From the NCBI GenBank assembly GCA_964648665.1, contig CAZYOA010000003.1, forward strand, positions 17,449-81,448: 64,000 bases of DNA. Reading direction: 5' to 3'. The notes under the pieces were generated by a model. The model was not told the origin of the DNA and made no database searches. It was given only the letters and a program-made list of their open reading frames with translations. Numbering within the stretch: position 1 is the first letter of the stretch; each line of letters opens with the position of its first letter. A program made the translations under genes and the position numbers. This DNA is from an uncultured Planctomycetales bacterium. Its GTDB lineage: Bacteria; Omnitrophota; Gorgyraeia; Zapsychrales; Aceulaceae. Positions 9,011 to 18,496 of this stretch are shown here, piece after piece.

Positions 9011-9496
9011 ATGAAAGGTAAAAAAAGATGGATTTTTGTGATGTTAGTTGTTTTGATTTTTTCTTTTTGTTCGAAAGGATTTAGCTTAGTTTTTGAAAAA
9101 TGTTTAAGCGGAAATTGTCAAGATGGATATGGAAAAGCACGATTTTCTCGAGGATCAACTTATGAAGGTCAATGGAAGAATGGAGCCATGGAAGGGGATG
9201 GAGTTTATTTATACGAAAAGGGTAATTCGGGGAAGAAATATAAAGGAGAATTTAAGAAGGGGCATTTTGAGGGTGAAGGAAAATTTTGGAGTGTTGATGG
9301 TAGTAGGTTTGTAGGTGAATGGAAGAGGGGACAGCAAGTCAAAGGGACATTTTATTATAAAAATGGTAAAGTGAGAAAGTGTACTGGTGAGTGGAAGGGG
9401 CCTTATCTTCATGGCAAGGGAGCTTGTTGGTATAAAAATGGTAAGAAAAAAGAAGGTTTTTGGAAAAAAGGAAAATATAAAGGAAAGAGTTATTAA
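9011..9496 (+). CDS. Secreted MORN-repeat protein
   Basis: ATG 9011 follows the SD 'aaaggaggg'. It has an N-terminal signal sequence (KKRWIFVMLVVLIFSFCSKG) and about five YxGxWxxGxxxGxG repeats (YEGQWKNGAMEGDG, YKGEFKKGHFEGEG, FVGEWKRGQQVKG...). Confidence 0.8.
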   Translation: MKGKKRWIFVMLVVLIFSFCSKGFSLVFEKCLSGNCQDGYGKARFSRGSTYEGQWKNGAMEGDGVYLYEKGNSGKKYKGEFKKGHFEGEGKFWSVDGSRFVGEWKRGQQVKGTFYYKNGKVRKCTGEWKGPYLHGKGACWYKNGKKKEGFWKKGKYKGKSY

Positions 9497-9694
9497 TGGA
9501 TGGATGTAGCGGTATATAAAAAAATTTTGTTATGTTTGTTTCTTTTGATTATTTTATTTAGAGCAGCGGCGATGATTTTGGTAAACTGAAAGAAATTAAG
9601 AAAAAGGTGGAAGGACGCGATGAAAAAGATTTATGAGAAAGAAGTAGAGAGGAAGTTTAAATAATTCTAATAATTCAAATCGTTTCTAGATAAT

Positions 9695-11314
9695 TTATCG
9701 TTGTCTTTTTAGAATTCTTACCCCATGAGGCCAGGCCCATCCTGGTTCAGCATTCCAATCGCCAAAAGTTTTAACAACAATAAAATTTTTATCAATATAT
9801 TCTTTTAATAGTGGACAGTAGGTTTTCCCGAATGTTCCAAGCCCGGATTCGTGAGAATCGCGGCGGCTTGAGAGAACAATAAAACGAACATGATTTTTCT
9901 TTAGATTAGAGATAATTTGTTTTTCTTGAGATTGTGGAATGTTTAGATAGTCAAAGAATATGAGCTCTCTAGTCGGGCTTTTTTTATTTGTTAAGAAATA
10001 ATAAATGCAGTCGTACGGTAAAGCTAAAAATGTTTCGTTGTTTTTTAAATTATTTTTAAGGTAGTGAGAGGTGGCGGTAATGGTGTTTAGCCAAATTGGT
10101 GGATTTTGAACATAGACTTCTGTTTTATTGAATTTGAAAAGATGATTGTTATTTTTATATAGAGAAATAACATTGTGTTGTTTTACTGAACTTGTTAAGG
10201 CGACAGTAATGAAAACAATATAGAGAAATATTTTAATTATTGTTTTAAGATTTTTAGTTGCGTATCCGATTGCCGTAAAGATAAAAAGCATTTGAAAGGG
10301 ATTGATCCAGAAAATTCGATAAGATATTGAGCTTATCATAAATTCATGTAATCCAGAAAATATGAATAATGCTAGAGATAGGAAGAATAAAAAGTATTTT
10401 TTTGTTTCTTGTTTATTTGTATTCTTGATCATTGTTTGAGCGGATCGGAGAAAGCAAAGAATTGCAATGATTGAAAAGATAATTGTTATGTGAGATTTTA
10501 GAATGCTTTGTTTGATAAATAGGATAAGCATGGTCAAAGAGGATTGAATGTTTGCTTGAGTTTGGTCGTATCCAGGAAAATATGGAAAGCACTGTTTTAG
10601 AGCGTAACCTGGAAGATCTTTAGTGAGAATCCAATAAGTGAAGGTGGATATAGCAAGAATAGCAAAGAAGGAAATTGTATAAAGTTTTTTATGTGCGATC
10701 TTCTTTTCTTTAACAAAATCAATCATTAAGAATGAAAGTAGGGCTGAAAGAAGATAGAAAAGTCCCATATTGGCTTTAATAAGAAAAATGATTAAGACTG
10801 ATAGCAGAGAGGCGTAAACATATTCTTTCTTGGAATGTTGAATGTATTTCGCGATGAAGAACATGCATAAAATGGAAAATAAAATGACTCCGATGTGATT
10901 GTAAGTATGAAAGAAACTCGGGCGGAAAGACCAAAACCAGATCGTAGATGCTAATCCCATAAGAGGTGAGGCAAAAAGACAAATTGTTAAATAAAAAAGA
11001 ACACCGCAAGCTAAAGTAAGAAATATTTTTGCCATTAAAATGTTTTGAATACTTATTCCAAAAATCTTAAAGACGGTAGCATAAAAGTATGGCATGGCTG
11101 GTCCATAAACCCACCAATAGTCTTGATAGGGGGCTGATCCTTGAAGTGTTGCTTGAGCAACATAGAGATCGCGTCCATGGTCACCTTGTGCAATAACGGG
11201 CTGAAAATTACTGTATGGCATGAATATAAAGATGCCGATGGAAATTGTAAGAATTAAAAACAGAAGTTTCTGATTTTTAGATAAGAAATTAAATATGGAA
11301 TGTATTTTAGTCAT
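9695..11314 (-). CDS. Polytopic membrane protein, putative GT-C-fold glycosyltransferase (ArnT/PMT-like)
   Basis: 539 aa with more than 10 predicted TM helices, an early loop with acidic residues (AQGDHGRDLY) and a soluble C-terminal ~170 aa. The family call is by architecture only. Confidence 0.45.
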   Translation of the reverse strand: MTKIHSIFNFLSKNQKLLFLILTISIGIFIFMPYSNFQPVIAQGDHGRDLYVAQATLQGSAPYQDYWWVYGPAMPYFYATVFKIFGISIQNILMAKIFLTLACGVLFYLTICLFASPLMGLASTIWFWSFRPSFFHTYNHIGVILFSILCMFFIAKYIQHSKKEYVYASLLSVLIIFLIKANMGLFYLLSALLSFLMIDFVKEKKIAHKKLYTISFFAILAISTFTYWILTKDLPGYALKQCFPYFPGYDQTQANIQSSLTMLILFIKQSILKSHITIIFSIIAILCFLRSAQTMIKNTNKQETKKYFLFFLSLALFIFSGLHEFMISSISYRIFWINPFQMLFIFTAIGYATKNLKTIIKIFLYIVFITVALTSSVKQHNVISLYKNNNHLFKFNKTEVYVQNPPIWLNTITATSHYLKNNLKNNETFLALPYDCIYYFLTNKKSPTRELIFFDYLNIPQSQEKQIISNLKKNHVRFIVLSSRRDSHESGLGTFGKTYCPLLKEYIDKNFIVVKTFGDWNAEPGWAWPHGVRILKRQR

Positions 11315-11400
11315 AGTGGGTAAGAAGTTCTCTATAAATCTGCATTCAATGTATCATTCATAAGCTTATCGTTCAAGAGCTTTTCGAAACAAAGTTGTTG

Positions 11401-11409
11401 TGGTAGAAT
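11401..11409 (+). promoter_or_regulatory. Extended -10 promoter element for the 11555-16490 operon
   Basis: TGgTAGAAT sits in the divergent intergenic region, ~145 nt upstream of the first ATG. The -35 is poor (ttcgaa). Confidence 0.35.
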
Positions 11410-11475
11410 ATCTCATAATTTAGTAGGATATTTTATAGAATTTAAAATAAATCCCGTTTTGCTTTAAAGCGCTCC

Positions 11476-11554
11476 TGGGATAAATTCGCGTAAGTGACTT
11501 AGCGCTTCCTTTTGTTGCGTAAGTCATGCGCTCACTTAATAGGAGGAAATACTT
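11476..11554 (+). promoter_or_regulatory. Conserved leader element, copy 1 (shared with 45310-45381)
   Basis: It starts with tgggataaattcgcg (identical 15-mer at 45310-45324). It ends with atgcgctcacttaataggagg, versus atgcgctcatttaaggag at 45359-45376. The spacing to the ATG is similar in both copies (79 vs 72 nt). Confidence 0.4.
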
Positions 11555-11875
11555 ATGATTAGTTTTAAAGATTTTCAAGGCCTCGAGCTTGTTGTAGCTC
11601 AGATTAAAGAAGTCAAAAAGCATCCTAATGCAGATAAGCTTTATGTGCTTAAGATCGATACAGGAAAAGAAGAAAAGCAAATTGTCGCTGGGATAAGAAA
11701 TGGATATGCTAAAGAAGCGCTTTTGGGGAGGAAGGTTATTGTTGTTAACAATCTTGAGCCTGTTGTTTTAAGAGGAGAAGAGTCTAGCGGAATGCTTTTG
11801 GCGGCTTCGGATGATAATGGCCCATCGTTGCTGTCTCCGGATAGAGATGTGAAGATTGGAAGCAGAGTTAAATAA
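11555..11875 (+). CDS. tRNA-binding domain protein (CsaA/EMAP-II-like OB fold)
   Basis: 106 aa. 'VVAQIKEVKKHPNADKLYVLKIDTGKEEKQIVAGI' and 'SSGMLLAA' are the hallmark of the tRNA_bind domain. Confidence 0.8.
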   Translation: MISFKDFQGLELVVAQIKEVKKHPNADKLYVLKIDTGKEEKQIVAGIRNGYAKEALLGRKVIVVNNLEPVVLRGEESSGMLLAASDDNGPSLLSPDRDVKIGSRVK

Positions 11876-11886
11876 GAGAGGTTTTG

Positions 11887-12300
11887 ATGGTTGAAAGCAA
11901 AAGATTTAAGATATTAACTAAAGGCAATGCTGATATTTTAGATATTACACCAGAAGTTCAATCTAATTTAGATGCGACTAAAATAACAAATGGCATTATT
12001 AACATTAGTGTTATCGGATCAACGGGAGCGCTAACAACATGTGAATTTGAGCCTGGGTTGAAAGCAGATCTAAAAGATTTTTTTGATAAGATTATTCCTC
12101 AGGGAAATTATAAGCACGATCAAGCTTGGGGTGATGGTAACGGACATTCACACCTAAGAGCATCTTTGGTTGGTTCATCTTTAACGATTCCTTTTGAGAA
12201 TAAAAAGCTTATTTTAGGTACATGGCAGCAAATTATTTTCTTAGATTTTGATAATCGAAAAAGAAACAGAGAAATTGTTTTACAGTTCTTAGGTGAATAA
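11887..12300 (+). CDS. YjbQ/UPF0047 family protein (secondary thiamine-phosphate synthase-like)
   Basis: 'GIINISVIGSTGALTTCEFEPGLKADL', 'GNGHSHLRASLVGSSLTIPFENKKLILGTWQQIIFLDFDN..R.R'. ATG 11887 is preferred over TTG 11884. Confidence 0.85.
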   Translation: MVESKRFKILTKGNADILDITPEVQSNLDATKITNGIINISVIGSTGALTTCEFEPGLKADLKDFFDKIIPQGNYKHDQAWGDGNGHSHLRASLVGSSLTIPFENKKLILGTWQQIIFLDFDNRKRNREIVLQFLGE

Positions 12301-12795
12301 ATGGAGAATTTAATTTTGAATCAATTTGTTGATCAAGAGACTTGCCTGGCGTGCAAGGGATGTTGTCGCTTTAAAGAAGAAAGAAGTTTATGGCGACCTC
12401 GACTTTTAGAATCGGAGATTCAAGGCATAGCTCAAGAATTTGTTGATAAGGATTTCCGCATCAAAGCGATTGTTTCTAAAGGGAAAAATATTTGTAGTTT
12501 TTTAGACGAGGAAAAACATTATTGCCAGATTTATTCGAAACGTCCTTTTGAATGCGCGCTATATCCGTTTATGGTGATCAAAAAGCAGGAGGGCTTCTTT
12601 GTTGCTATGCATTTGGCGTGTCCTGCGATTCAAGAAAAGCGAGAGTCGAAAGAATTTGATAGTTATCTTAGTGAGCTTAAAATTTTCTTTTGTAGTATTC
12701 AAAACAAGGAAGAGTTGAAGAAGATGGCAACAATTTATTCTGATTCAAGCAAAGAATTAGAGATTCTTTTTTCGATCTTAGAAGATGACAGTTGA
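12301..12795 (+). CDS. YkgJ-type CxxCxxCC zinc/iron-chelating domain protein
   Basis: N-terminal 'CLACKGCCRF', later 'CSFL..HYCQIYSKRPFECALYP' and 'CP' cysteines. Confidence 0.6.
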   Translation: MENLILNQFVDQETCLACKGCCRFKEERSLWRPRLLESEIQGIAQEFVDKDFRIKAIVSKGKNICSFLDEEKHYCQIYSKRPFECALYPFMVIKKQEGFFVAMHLACPAIQEKRESKEFDSYLSELKIFFCSIQNKEELKKMATIYSDSSKELEILFSILEDDS

Positions 12796-13681
12796 CCTTT
12801 TAGAAAAAAGAAAAGTTTTTGATCGGTTTTTAAATCAAACAAAATCTGATTTAAGTTCGTATTCATTTGTTAATCTTTTTGTGTGGCGGGATTTTTTTAA
12901 TTTTGATTTTGATATCATTGATGATCATCTTTGCGTTTTTGCTAATAATGATTTAGGAAGTTTTTTGTATTTGCCGCCTTTGGGAAAAAGTTATTCATGT
13001 GAAATTATTCATCGTTGCTTTCAAGAGCTCATGACGAGAAACGGTGGAAAAGGGATTTCGCGAATTGAGAATGTTGAGAAAAAAGATTTAGATCTCTTTG
13101 ATGATAAAGATTTTATAAAGTTTGAGAAGTCGAAGGAAACGATTTACAAGAGAGAAGATATTGCAGGATTAAAGGGAAATTGTTTTAAATCCAAAAGATC
13201 TTCTTATAATCATTTTTTAAAGAATCATAACTTTAAGTTTCATTCTTATGAAGAATCTATGGAGAGCGATTGTTTAAGTCTTTATAAGCGTTGGGCGATT
13301 GAGAGAAAGAAAGACAATGATGATTTTATTTATCATCAAATGATCGATGACAGTGCTTTTGCTTTAAAGCAAAGTTTAGAGTATTATCAATTGCTTGGTT
13401 TAGCTGGAAAGATAATCTATGTGGACGGAGATATTTCGGGATTTACTTTTGGATTTACTCTTAAAGAAGATACGTTTTGTGTCCTTTTTGAAATTACAGA
13501 TTTAAGTTTTCGTGGAATTTCAACGTATCTTTTTAGTGAATTTTGTAGAAGTGAAGAGGTTAAGCCGTTTTTGTTTATAAATGTAATGGATGATTTTGGA
13601 TTAGATAATATTGGTAAAACAAAATTATCATTTAATCCGGATAAACAAGTTTCAACATATACTATTTCACCAAAGGATTAA
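12785..13681 (+). CDS. DUF2156-like protein (GNAT-fold, related to the aminoacyl-phosphatidylglycerol synthase C-terminal domain)
   Basis: 298 aa with 'SSYSFVNLFVWRDFFNFDF' at the N-terminus and paired acyltransferase-like halves. It overlaps the upstream gene by 11 nt. The family call is from pattern memory. Confidence 0.45.
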   Translation: MTVDLLEKRKVFDRFLNQTKSDLSSYSFVNLFVWRDFFNFDFDIIDDHLCVFANNDLGSFLYLPPLGKSYSCEIIHRCFQELMTRNGGKGISRIENVEKKDLDLFDDKDFIKFEKSKETIYKREDIAGLKGNCFKSKRSSYNHFLKNHNFKFHSYEESMESDCLSLYKRWAIERKKDNDDFIYHQMIDDSAFALKQSLEYYQLLGLAGKIIYVDGDISGFTFGFTLKEDTFCVLFEITDLSFRGISTYLFSEFCRSEEVKPFLFINVMDDFGLDNIGKTKLSFNPDKQVSTYTISPKD

Positions 13682-13683
13682 AA

Positions 13684-14241
13684 ATGCAGGATGTTTTAGA
13701 TAAAGAATTTGTTGTTTTTGACGTGGAAACGACAGGGCTTTCTTACCGGGGTGGAGATCGCTTAGTTGAGATTGCAGCACTTAAAATAAGAAACCTAGAG
13801 CCAGTGGATCGATTCCACACATTGATTAACCCTGGACGTTCTATTTCTCCGGGGGCATTTGAGGTGAATCGAATCTCAAGCTCAATGCTTATTGATGCTC
13901 CGCGAAGCCATGAAATATTGCCGACATTTTTAAATTTTTTAGGGGATGCGATAATTGTTGGGCATAATATTAAATTTGATATAGGTTTTTTAGAAAATGA
14001 GCTTGATTTAGCAGGACTTTTGCCTGAGAAGTCCTTTGCTGCTTTGGATACGATTAAGATATCAAAACGAGTTATGCCGCATTTACCGAGATATCCACTT
14101 TGGTATGTGGCACGAGCTCTTGGCATTGAGCGCAAACAAATTCATAGAGCAATGGCTGATGTTGAAATGACTTTTGAAGTTTTTGATAAGTTGATTGTTT
14201 TGGCAGAAAAACAAAATATTCTTAAGGAGATTATTTCTTGA
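13684..14241 (+). CDS. DEDDh 3'-5' exonuclease (DnaQ/epsilon-like)
   Basis: Exo I 'VVFDVETTGL', Exo II 'IVGHNIKFDIGFL', Exo III 'HRAMADVEMT' (H-x4-D). Confidence 0.85.
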   Translation: MQDVLDKEFVVFDVETTGLSYRGGDRLVEIAALKIRNLEPVDRFHTLINPGRSISPGAFEVNRISSSMLIDAPRSHEILPTFLNFLGDAIIVGHNIKFDIGFLENELDLAGLLPEKSFAALDTIKISKRVMPHLPRYPLWYVARALGIERKQIHRAMADVEMTFEVFDKLIVLAEKQNILKEIIS

Positions 14242-15647
14242 TTAAGATTCTTTCAAAAACATATGATTTTTCTAAAAAAGCTGAAGATATTTTTCTGACT
14301 TTTTTAGATGAGTCGATGTTGTTTTTCTTGGATAGCAGTGTAAGCGTTTCAGGGCGAGGTCGTTTTTCTTTTATTGGTTTCAAGCCTTTTGATGTTGTGT
14401 GTCAAGACGGTAAAGATGCGCTTGATGTTTTGAAAAGAAAGTTTTATGAACATCAAATTAAAGTTGAAAATAGTTTGGTTCCGTTTTCATGTGGAGCTGT
14501 TGGATTCTTAGGGTATGAGCTTGGAAGCGAAGAGGGTAAAACTTCTTTTAAGAAAGAAACAGATTTATCTTTACCGGATTGCTTCTTTGGATTTTATAGT
14601 CATGTTATTGCTATTGATCATGAATTGAATAAGCTACATATTATTGCAACTGGAATGCCAGAAAAAAATGATTCGCTAAGAGAGAAAAAAGCTCTTTCGG
14701 ATTTACAATATATTGAAAAGAAACTAAACGAGAAGTATATTGAGAGCGAAAAAATAACGGATAGCAGCTCGCACGACTTCCTAGAAAGTTTTGATTTTAA
14801 AAGCAATTTTACAAAAAGTCAATATTTAGATGTTGTAGATCGCGCACTTGAATATATTAAAGAGGGTGATATTTATCAGGTTAATTTATCACAAAGATTT
14901 TTATTTAAAAGAAATTCAGAAAATCCTAAAGACCTTGCTCGCTTGTATATGTTGCTTAGGAAAGTTTCCCCGTCAAGCTTTGGGGCATATTTTGATACGG
15001 GTGAATTTCAGGTGATTTCAAGTTCACCAGAAGAGTTTTTAAAAAAAAGAGATATGTATGTTGAGACGAGCCCTATGAAAGGGACACGGCCGCGATCACA
15101 AAGCTTAATTGATGATGAAATTTTCAGAAGAGAACTTTTGCAAAGCACAAAAGAAAAGGCAGAACTTTTGATGGTTACTGATCTTGAACGTAATGATCTT
15201 GGAAAAGTATGTATTCCTGGTTCTGTGCGAGTTCGATTAATGAGAACTTTAGAAGAGTATAAAACAGTCTTTCAAACAACTTCAACAGTTGAAGGTCTGC
15301 TGGATAAAGATAAAAATGTTTTTGATGTTTTGAGCGCATGTTTTCCATCTGGTTCAGTTACGGGATGTCCAAAAATTCGTGCAATGCAAATCATTAAAGA
15401 GCTAGAACCAAATTCGAGAGGACCGTATACCGGATCTTTAGGATATATTGGTTTTGATGAGAATATGGATTTTAATATTTTGATTCGAACTTTAATTGCA
15501 AAGAAAGATATGCTTTCGTTTCATGTTGGTGGAGGCATTGTTGCAGATTCTATTGCCGAGAACGAATATTACGAAACACTTTTAAAAGCAGTTGCTCTTC
15601 AAAAAAGCATTATGAGTATATTTCTTCAGGAATCAGGAGCAAGGTAA
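14238..15647 (+). CDS. pabB: Aminodeoxychorismate synthase component I (chorismate-binding enzyme)
   Basis: TTG start overlaps the upstream TGA. Motifs: 'GDIYQVNLSQRF', 'SSSPEEFL', 'PMKGTRPR', 'EKAELLMVTDLERNDLGKV', 'PSGSVTGCPKIRAMQII', 'RGPYTGSLGY'. It is followed by a pabC-like gene. Confidence 0.8.
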   Translation: MIKILSKTYDFSKKAEDIFLTFLDESMLFFLDSSVSVSGRGRFSFIGFKPFDVVCQDGKDALDVLKRKFYEHQIKVENSLVPFSCGAVGFLGYELGSEEGKTSFKKETDLSLPDCFFGFYSHVIAIDHELNKLHIIATGMPEKNDSLREKKALSDLQYIEKKLNEKYIESEKITDSSSHDFLESFDFKSNFTKSQYLDVVDRALEYIKEGDIYQVNLSQRFLFKRNSENPKDLARLYMLLRKVSPSSFGAYFDTGEFQVISSSPEEFLKKRDMYVETSPMKGTRPRSQSLIDDEIFRRELLQSTKEKAELLMVTDLERNDLGKVCIPGSVRVRLMRTLEEYKTVFQTTSTVEGLLDKDKNVFDVLSACFPSGSVTGCPKIRAMQIIKELEPNSRGPYTGSLGYIGFDENMDFNILIRTLIAKKDMLSFHVGGGIVADSIAENEYYETLLKAVALQKSIMSIFLQESGAR

Positions 15648-16490
15648 ATGGAAAAGAAAGTTATTTTCTTAGATGGATTGATGATTCCTGCAACACAAGC
15701 ATGGGTAAAGATGTTGTCACCGGGAATTCTTTCTGGAGCAGGTGTTTTTGAAACAATGCGTTCTTACAAGGGTGAAATTTTTGCTCTTAAACAACATCTG
15801 CAGAGATTGTATGATGGTTTAAAGATTCTAAAGATTCAGCCTCCGTGTTTGCGAAAAGAAATGATTTCTTATTTGAATGAATCGTTAAAAGTTAATAATC
15901 TTAAGAATGCACGAATTCGATTGATAGTTTGGACAGCGAAGAAAAAGACGAGGATTTCAATTGCAGCTTTTTCGTATCATCCTCTTTTAAAAGAAAAATA
16001 TAATCAAGGATTCAAGGCGATCTTTTCAGATATTCGTAGAGATGAAAATGCTATCTCATCAAGAATCAAAACAGTCAATTATTTGCCTCTCTTGATGGCA
16101 CAGCGCAAAGCTAAAGCGCGCGGTAACGATGAAGCGATCCTTTTAAATAGCCGTGGATTTGTTGTTGAGGGTAGTAAAACCAACATTTTTTACATTAAAG
16201 ACAAAAAGCTTTATACTCCAGCGCTTAAGAGTGGATGTCTTAATGGAATTACGCGCCAAATTGTATTGAAATTAGCCAAAAAAATGGATTTGCAAGTTAG
16301 CGAGCGTTTGATTTTACCAGATAATCTTTTTGAAGCAGATGAGGCTTTTCTAACAAATTCTTTAATTGAGGTTATGCCTTTAACTGTTGCTCAGGGCCAA
16401 GTGATTGGATCGGGCAAGGCGGGATCTCTGACCAAGAAAGTTCTAAAGACGTATCGTCAAGAAATTCGCAATAGTTTAGCAAAAAGTTAG
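15648..16490 (+). CDS. pabC: Class IV aminotransferase / aminodeoxychorismate lyase
   Basis: 280 aa with 'GAGVFETMRSY', 'HLQRL', 'KTVNYLPLLMAQRKAKARGNDEAILLN', 'EGSKTNIF' and 'LNGITR'. It directly abuts pabB. Confidence 0.7.
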   Translation: MEKKVIFLDGLMIPATQAWVKMLSPGILSGAGVFETMRSYKGEIFALKQHLQRLYDGLKILKIQPPCLRKEMISYLNESLKVNNLKNARIRLIVWTAKKKTRISIAAFSYHPLLKEKYNQGFKAIFSDIRRDENAISSRIKTVNYLPLLMAQRKAKARGNDEAILLNSRGFVVEGSKTNIFYIKDKKLYTPALKSGCLNGITRQIVLKLAKKMDLQVSERLILPDNLFEADEAFLTNSLIEVMPLTVAQGQVIGSGKAGSLTKKVLKTYRQEIRNSLAKS

Positions 16491-16569
16491 AAAGACTTGT
16501 TTCTATTTGCTCTTTTTGGCTCTGCGTATATAATATAAGTATAAATTTTACTATTTTACTAAATAAAAT

Positions 16570-17883
16570 ATGAAAAAATATCTTTTTTCTTTAATTATTA
16601 TATTTCTTTTTTCGTCTTTGTCTTTTGGACAAACATCGCCTGAATCGGATGTTGCCAAATCAGAGTTTTTAGATGAATCTATGAAAAATGTTTTTTATTC
16701 GTTAAGAAAGAAAGCAGAAATCCTGCTTGATGGAAATAAACGCTTAGGTTTAGAAAATAGCTCTTTGAAAAAGAAGGTTTTGGCTTTTAATCAAGAAATA
16801 GATATCTTAAAGGGTCGACAAGATGAAATTCTTGAGAATCCTGTTGATAATGAGAAAGTTGTTAAGAATTTAAATTATCGTATTGAGAATTTAAAGAATA
16901 AGATCGGTAATGTTGAGAATCAAATTCTTCTTTTGAATGCTCAAGATCTAAATGATCAAAAATGGATGTTTAAGTTTGAGAAGGAAAATGGAGAATTGAG
17001 CGAAGCTTTGTCTACGTTAATGCAAAAAGAGACGCGATTGTCTACAGCAACTAAATTTGATGTGAGCGCTGATGTACGCAAGCTTAATCAAAAGCTTAAT
17101 AAGCTTAAGCGAAAACTTTTAGCTAGTCAGAATTATGTGAAAAAAGTACAGAAAGAATATCAAGAAAGGCAGAAGATATTATTAACTTTAAAGGCAGCGA
17201 TTCGAAATTCTTTAAATGATACTTTAAGAGATGATAGCCTTGCAATATTCTCGTCTGAAGATAATGAGATTGTTAAGGAAATTGCTAAGCTTAAAGAAGG
17301 TTTCGATAAGACGTGTTTGGGTATTAATCAGTTAATTGAGAAGGCTGAAAACGAGGGGTTGTTTCTTGGTCAAGAGATTAGAAGGAATGACGATAGAGCT
17401 TCTTTGGGTTATTTCTTAACTGATTTTCGATATCAAGAACAAAAGCTTTCTTTAGCTGTGGAGCAGCTAAAGTCTGAGGTTGAAGATTTAAAGGATTTTC
17501 CTGAGAGAGAAAGAATTGAGAAAGATCAGAAGGTAAGTGAATTGAATCAAGATATTTTAGAGCTTAAAGTTAAAATTGAACAAGCGAAAAAGAAGCGTCA
17601 TGATATTGTTTGCGCTGAAGAAGATATGTTTTTGGCGCGCATTGAAGGCTTAAAAACCGAAGGCGTCTCATTAAGTAGCCAAATTTTTGATCTTAATATG
17701 AAAATTAGAAAAGAAAAGAAGGCAAAGGATTCATTTTCTGGGATTTTGCAGACAATTTCTGAAGTTCCTGCAGAGAAAAAGAGATTTGATAATAATGCTG
17801 AATGTAGCGATGCCAGTTGTGAGCGACCTCAACCTATCATTTTTCCAAAATCGGCCTTCAAAATGCCAGAAATTTTAAAATAG
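16570..17883 (+). CDS. Secreted coiled-coil protein, function unknown
   Basis: It has a signal peptide (MKKYLFSLIIIFLFSSLSFGQ) followed by ~400 aa of heptad-rich K/E/L/N sequence. Confidence 0.6.
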   Translation: MKKYLFSLIIIFLFSSLSFGQTSPESDVAKSEFLDESMKNVFYSLRKKAEILLDGNKRLGLENSSLKKKVLAFNQEIDILKGRQDEILENPVDNEKVVKNLNYRIENLKNKIGNVENQILLLNAQDLNDQKWMFKFEKENGELSEALSTLMQKETRLSTATKFDVSADVRKLNQKLNKLKRKLLASQNYVKKVQKEYQERQKILLTLKAAIRNSLNDTLRDDSLAIFSSEDNEIVKEIAKLKEGFDKTCLGINQLIEKAENEGLFLGQEIRRNDDRASLGYFLTDFRYQEQKLSLAVEQLKSEVEDLKDFPERERIEKDQKVSELNQDILELKVKIEQAKKKRHDIVCAEEDMFLARIEGLKTEGVSLSSQIFDLNMKIRKEKKAKDSFSGILQTISEVPAEKKRFDNNAECSDASCERPQPIIFPKSAFKMPEILK

Positions 17884-17994
17884 CTCCTAATTTTAGCTTG
17901 TTTGAATTGATTTGATTTCAGTAGATAAATAGGATAGAATGGTGCAACTTATTCGCCATGCTGGCCTTTAATTTTGATTTGACAAGGAGAAGAA

Positions 17995-18480
17995 ATGAAC
18001 GAGATTCTAGAGATTTTAGCTAAGGATGCACGCATTAGTCCGGAAGAAATTGCTAAATTGACAGGGCAAACTGTCGTATCGGTTAAGAAAGAGATTAAAA
18101 AGTTTGAAAAAGATGGTGTTATTGTTAACTATAAGACTGTAATTAACAAAGATTTAATTATCGATGAGTCTTTATTTGTTCGCGCTTTAATCGAAGTCAG
18201 TATTACGCCTAAGAAAGATGTCGGGTTTGATTATATTGCTGAGCGTATTTATAATTTTCCAGAAGTTAAGAGTTGTTATTTGGTATCTGGAACCTATGAT
18301 CTTTTGGTTGAAGTGGAAGGCCGAAGTGTTCAGACAGTTGCTGGATTTGTGGCTTCAAAGCTATCGGCCATGCCAGATGTCAGAGGAACAACGACTCATT
18401 TTCTATTAAAAAAATATAAAGAAGATGGTTTTATCTTAAAGAAGCGAAAGCAAAAACAGAAATTAAATATTTCTTATTAA
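17995..18480 (+). CDS. Lrp/AsnC family transcriptional regulator
   Basis: N-terminal HTH 'ILEILAKDARISPEEIAKLTGQTVVSVKKEIKKFEKDGVI' and a C-terminal RAM/AsnC_trans_reg domain. Confidence 0.85.
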   Translation: MNEILEILAKDARISPEEIAKLTGQTVVSVKKEIKKFEKDGVIVNYKTVINKDLIIDESLFVRALIEVSITPKKDVGFDYIAERIYNFPEVKSCYLVSGTYDLLVEVEGRSVQTVAGFVASKLSAMPDVRGTTTHFLLKKYKEDGFILKKRKQKQKLNISY

Positions 18481-18496
18481 AAAAGGTTAAGAATCA

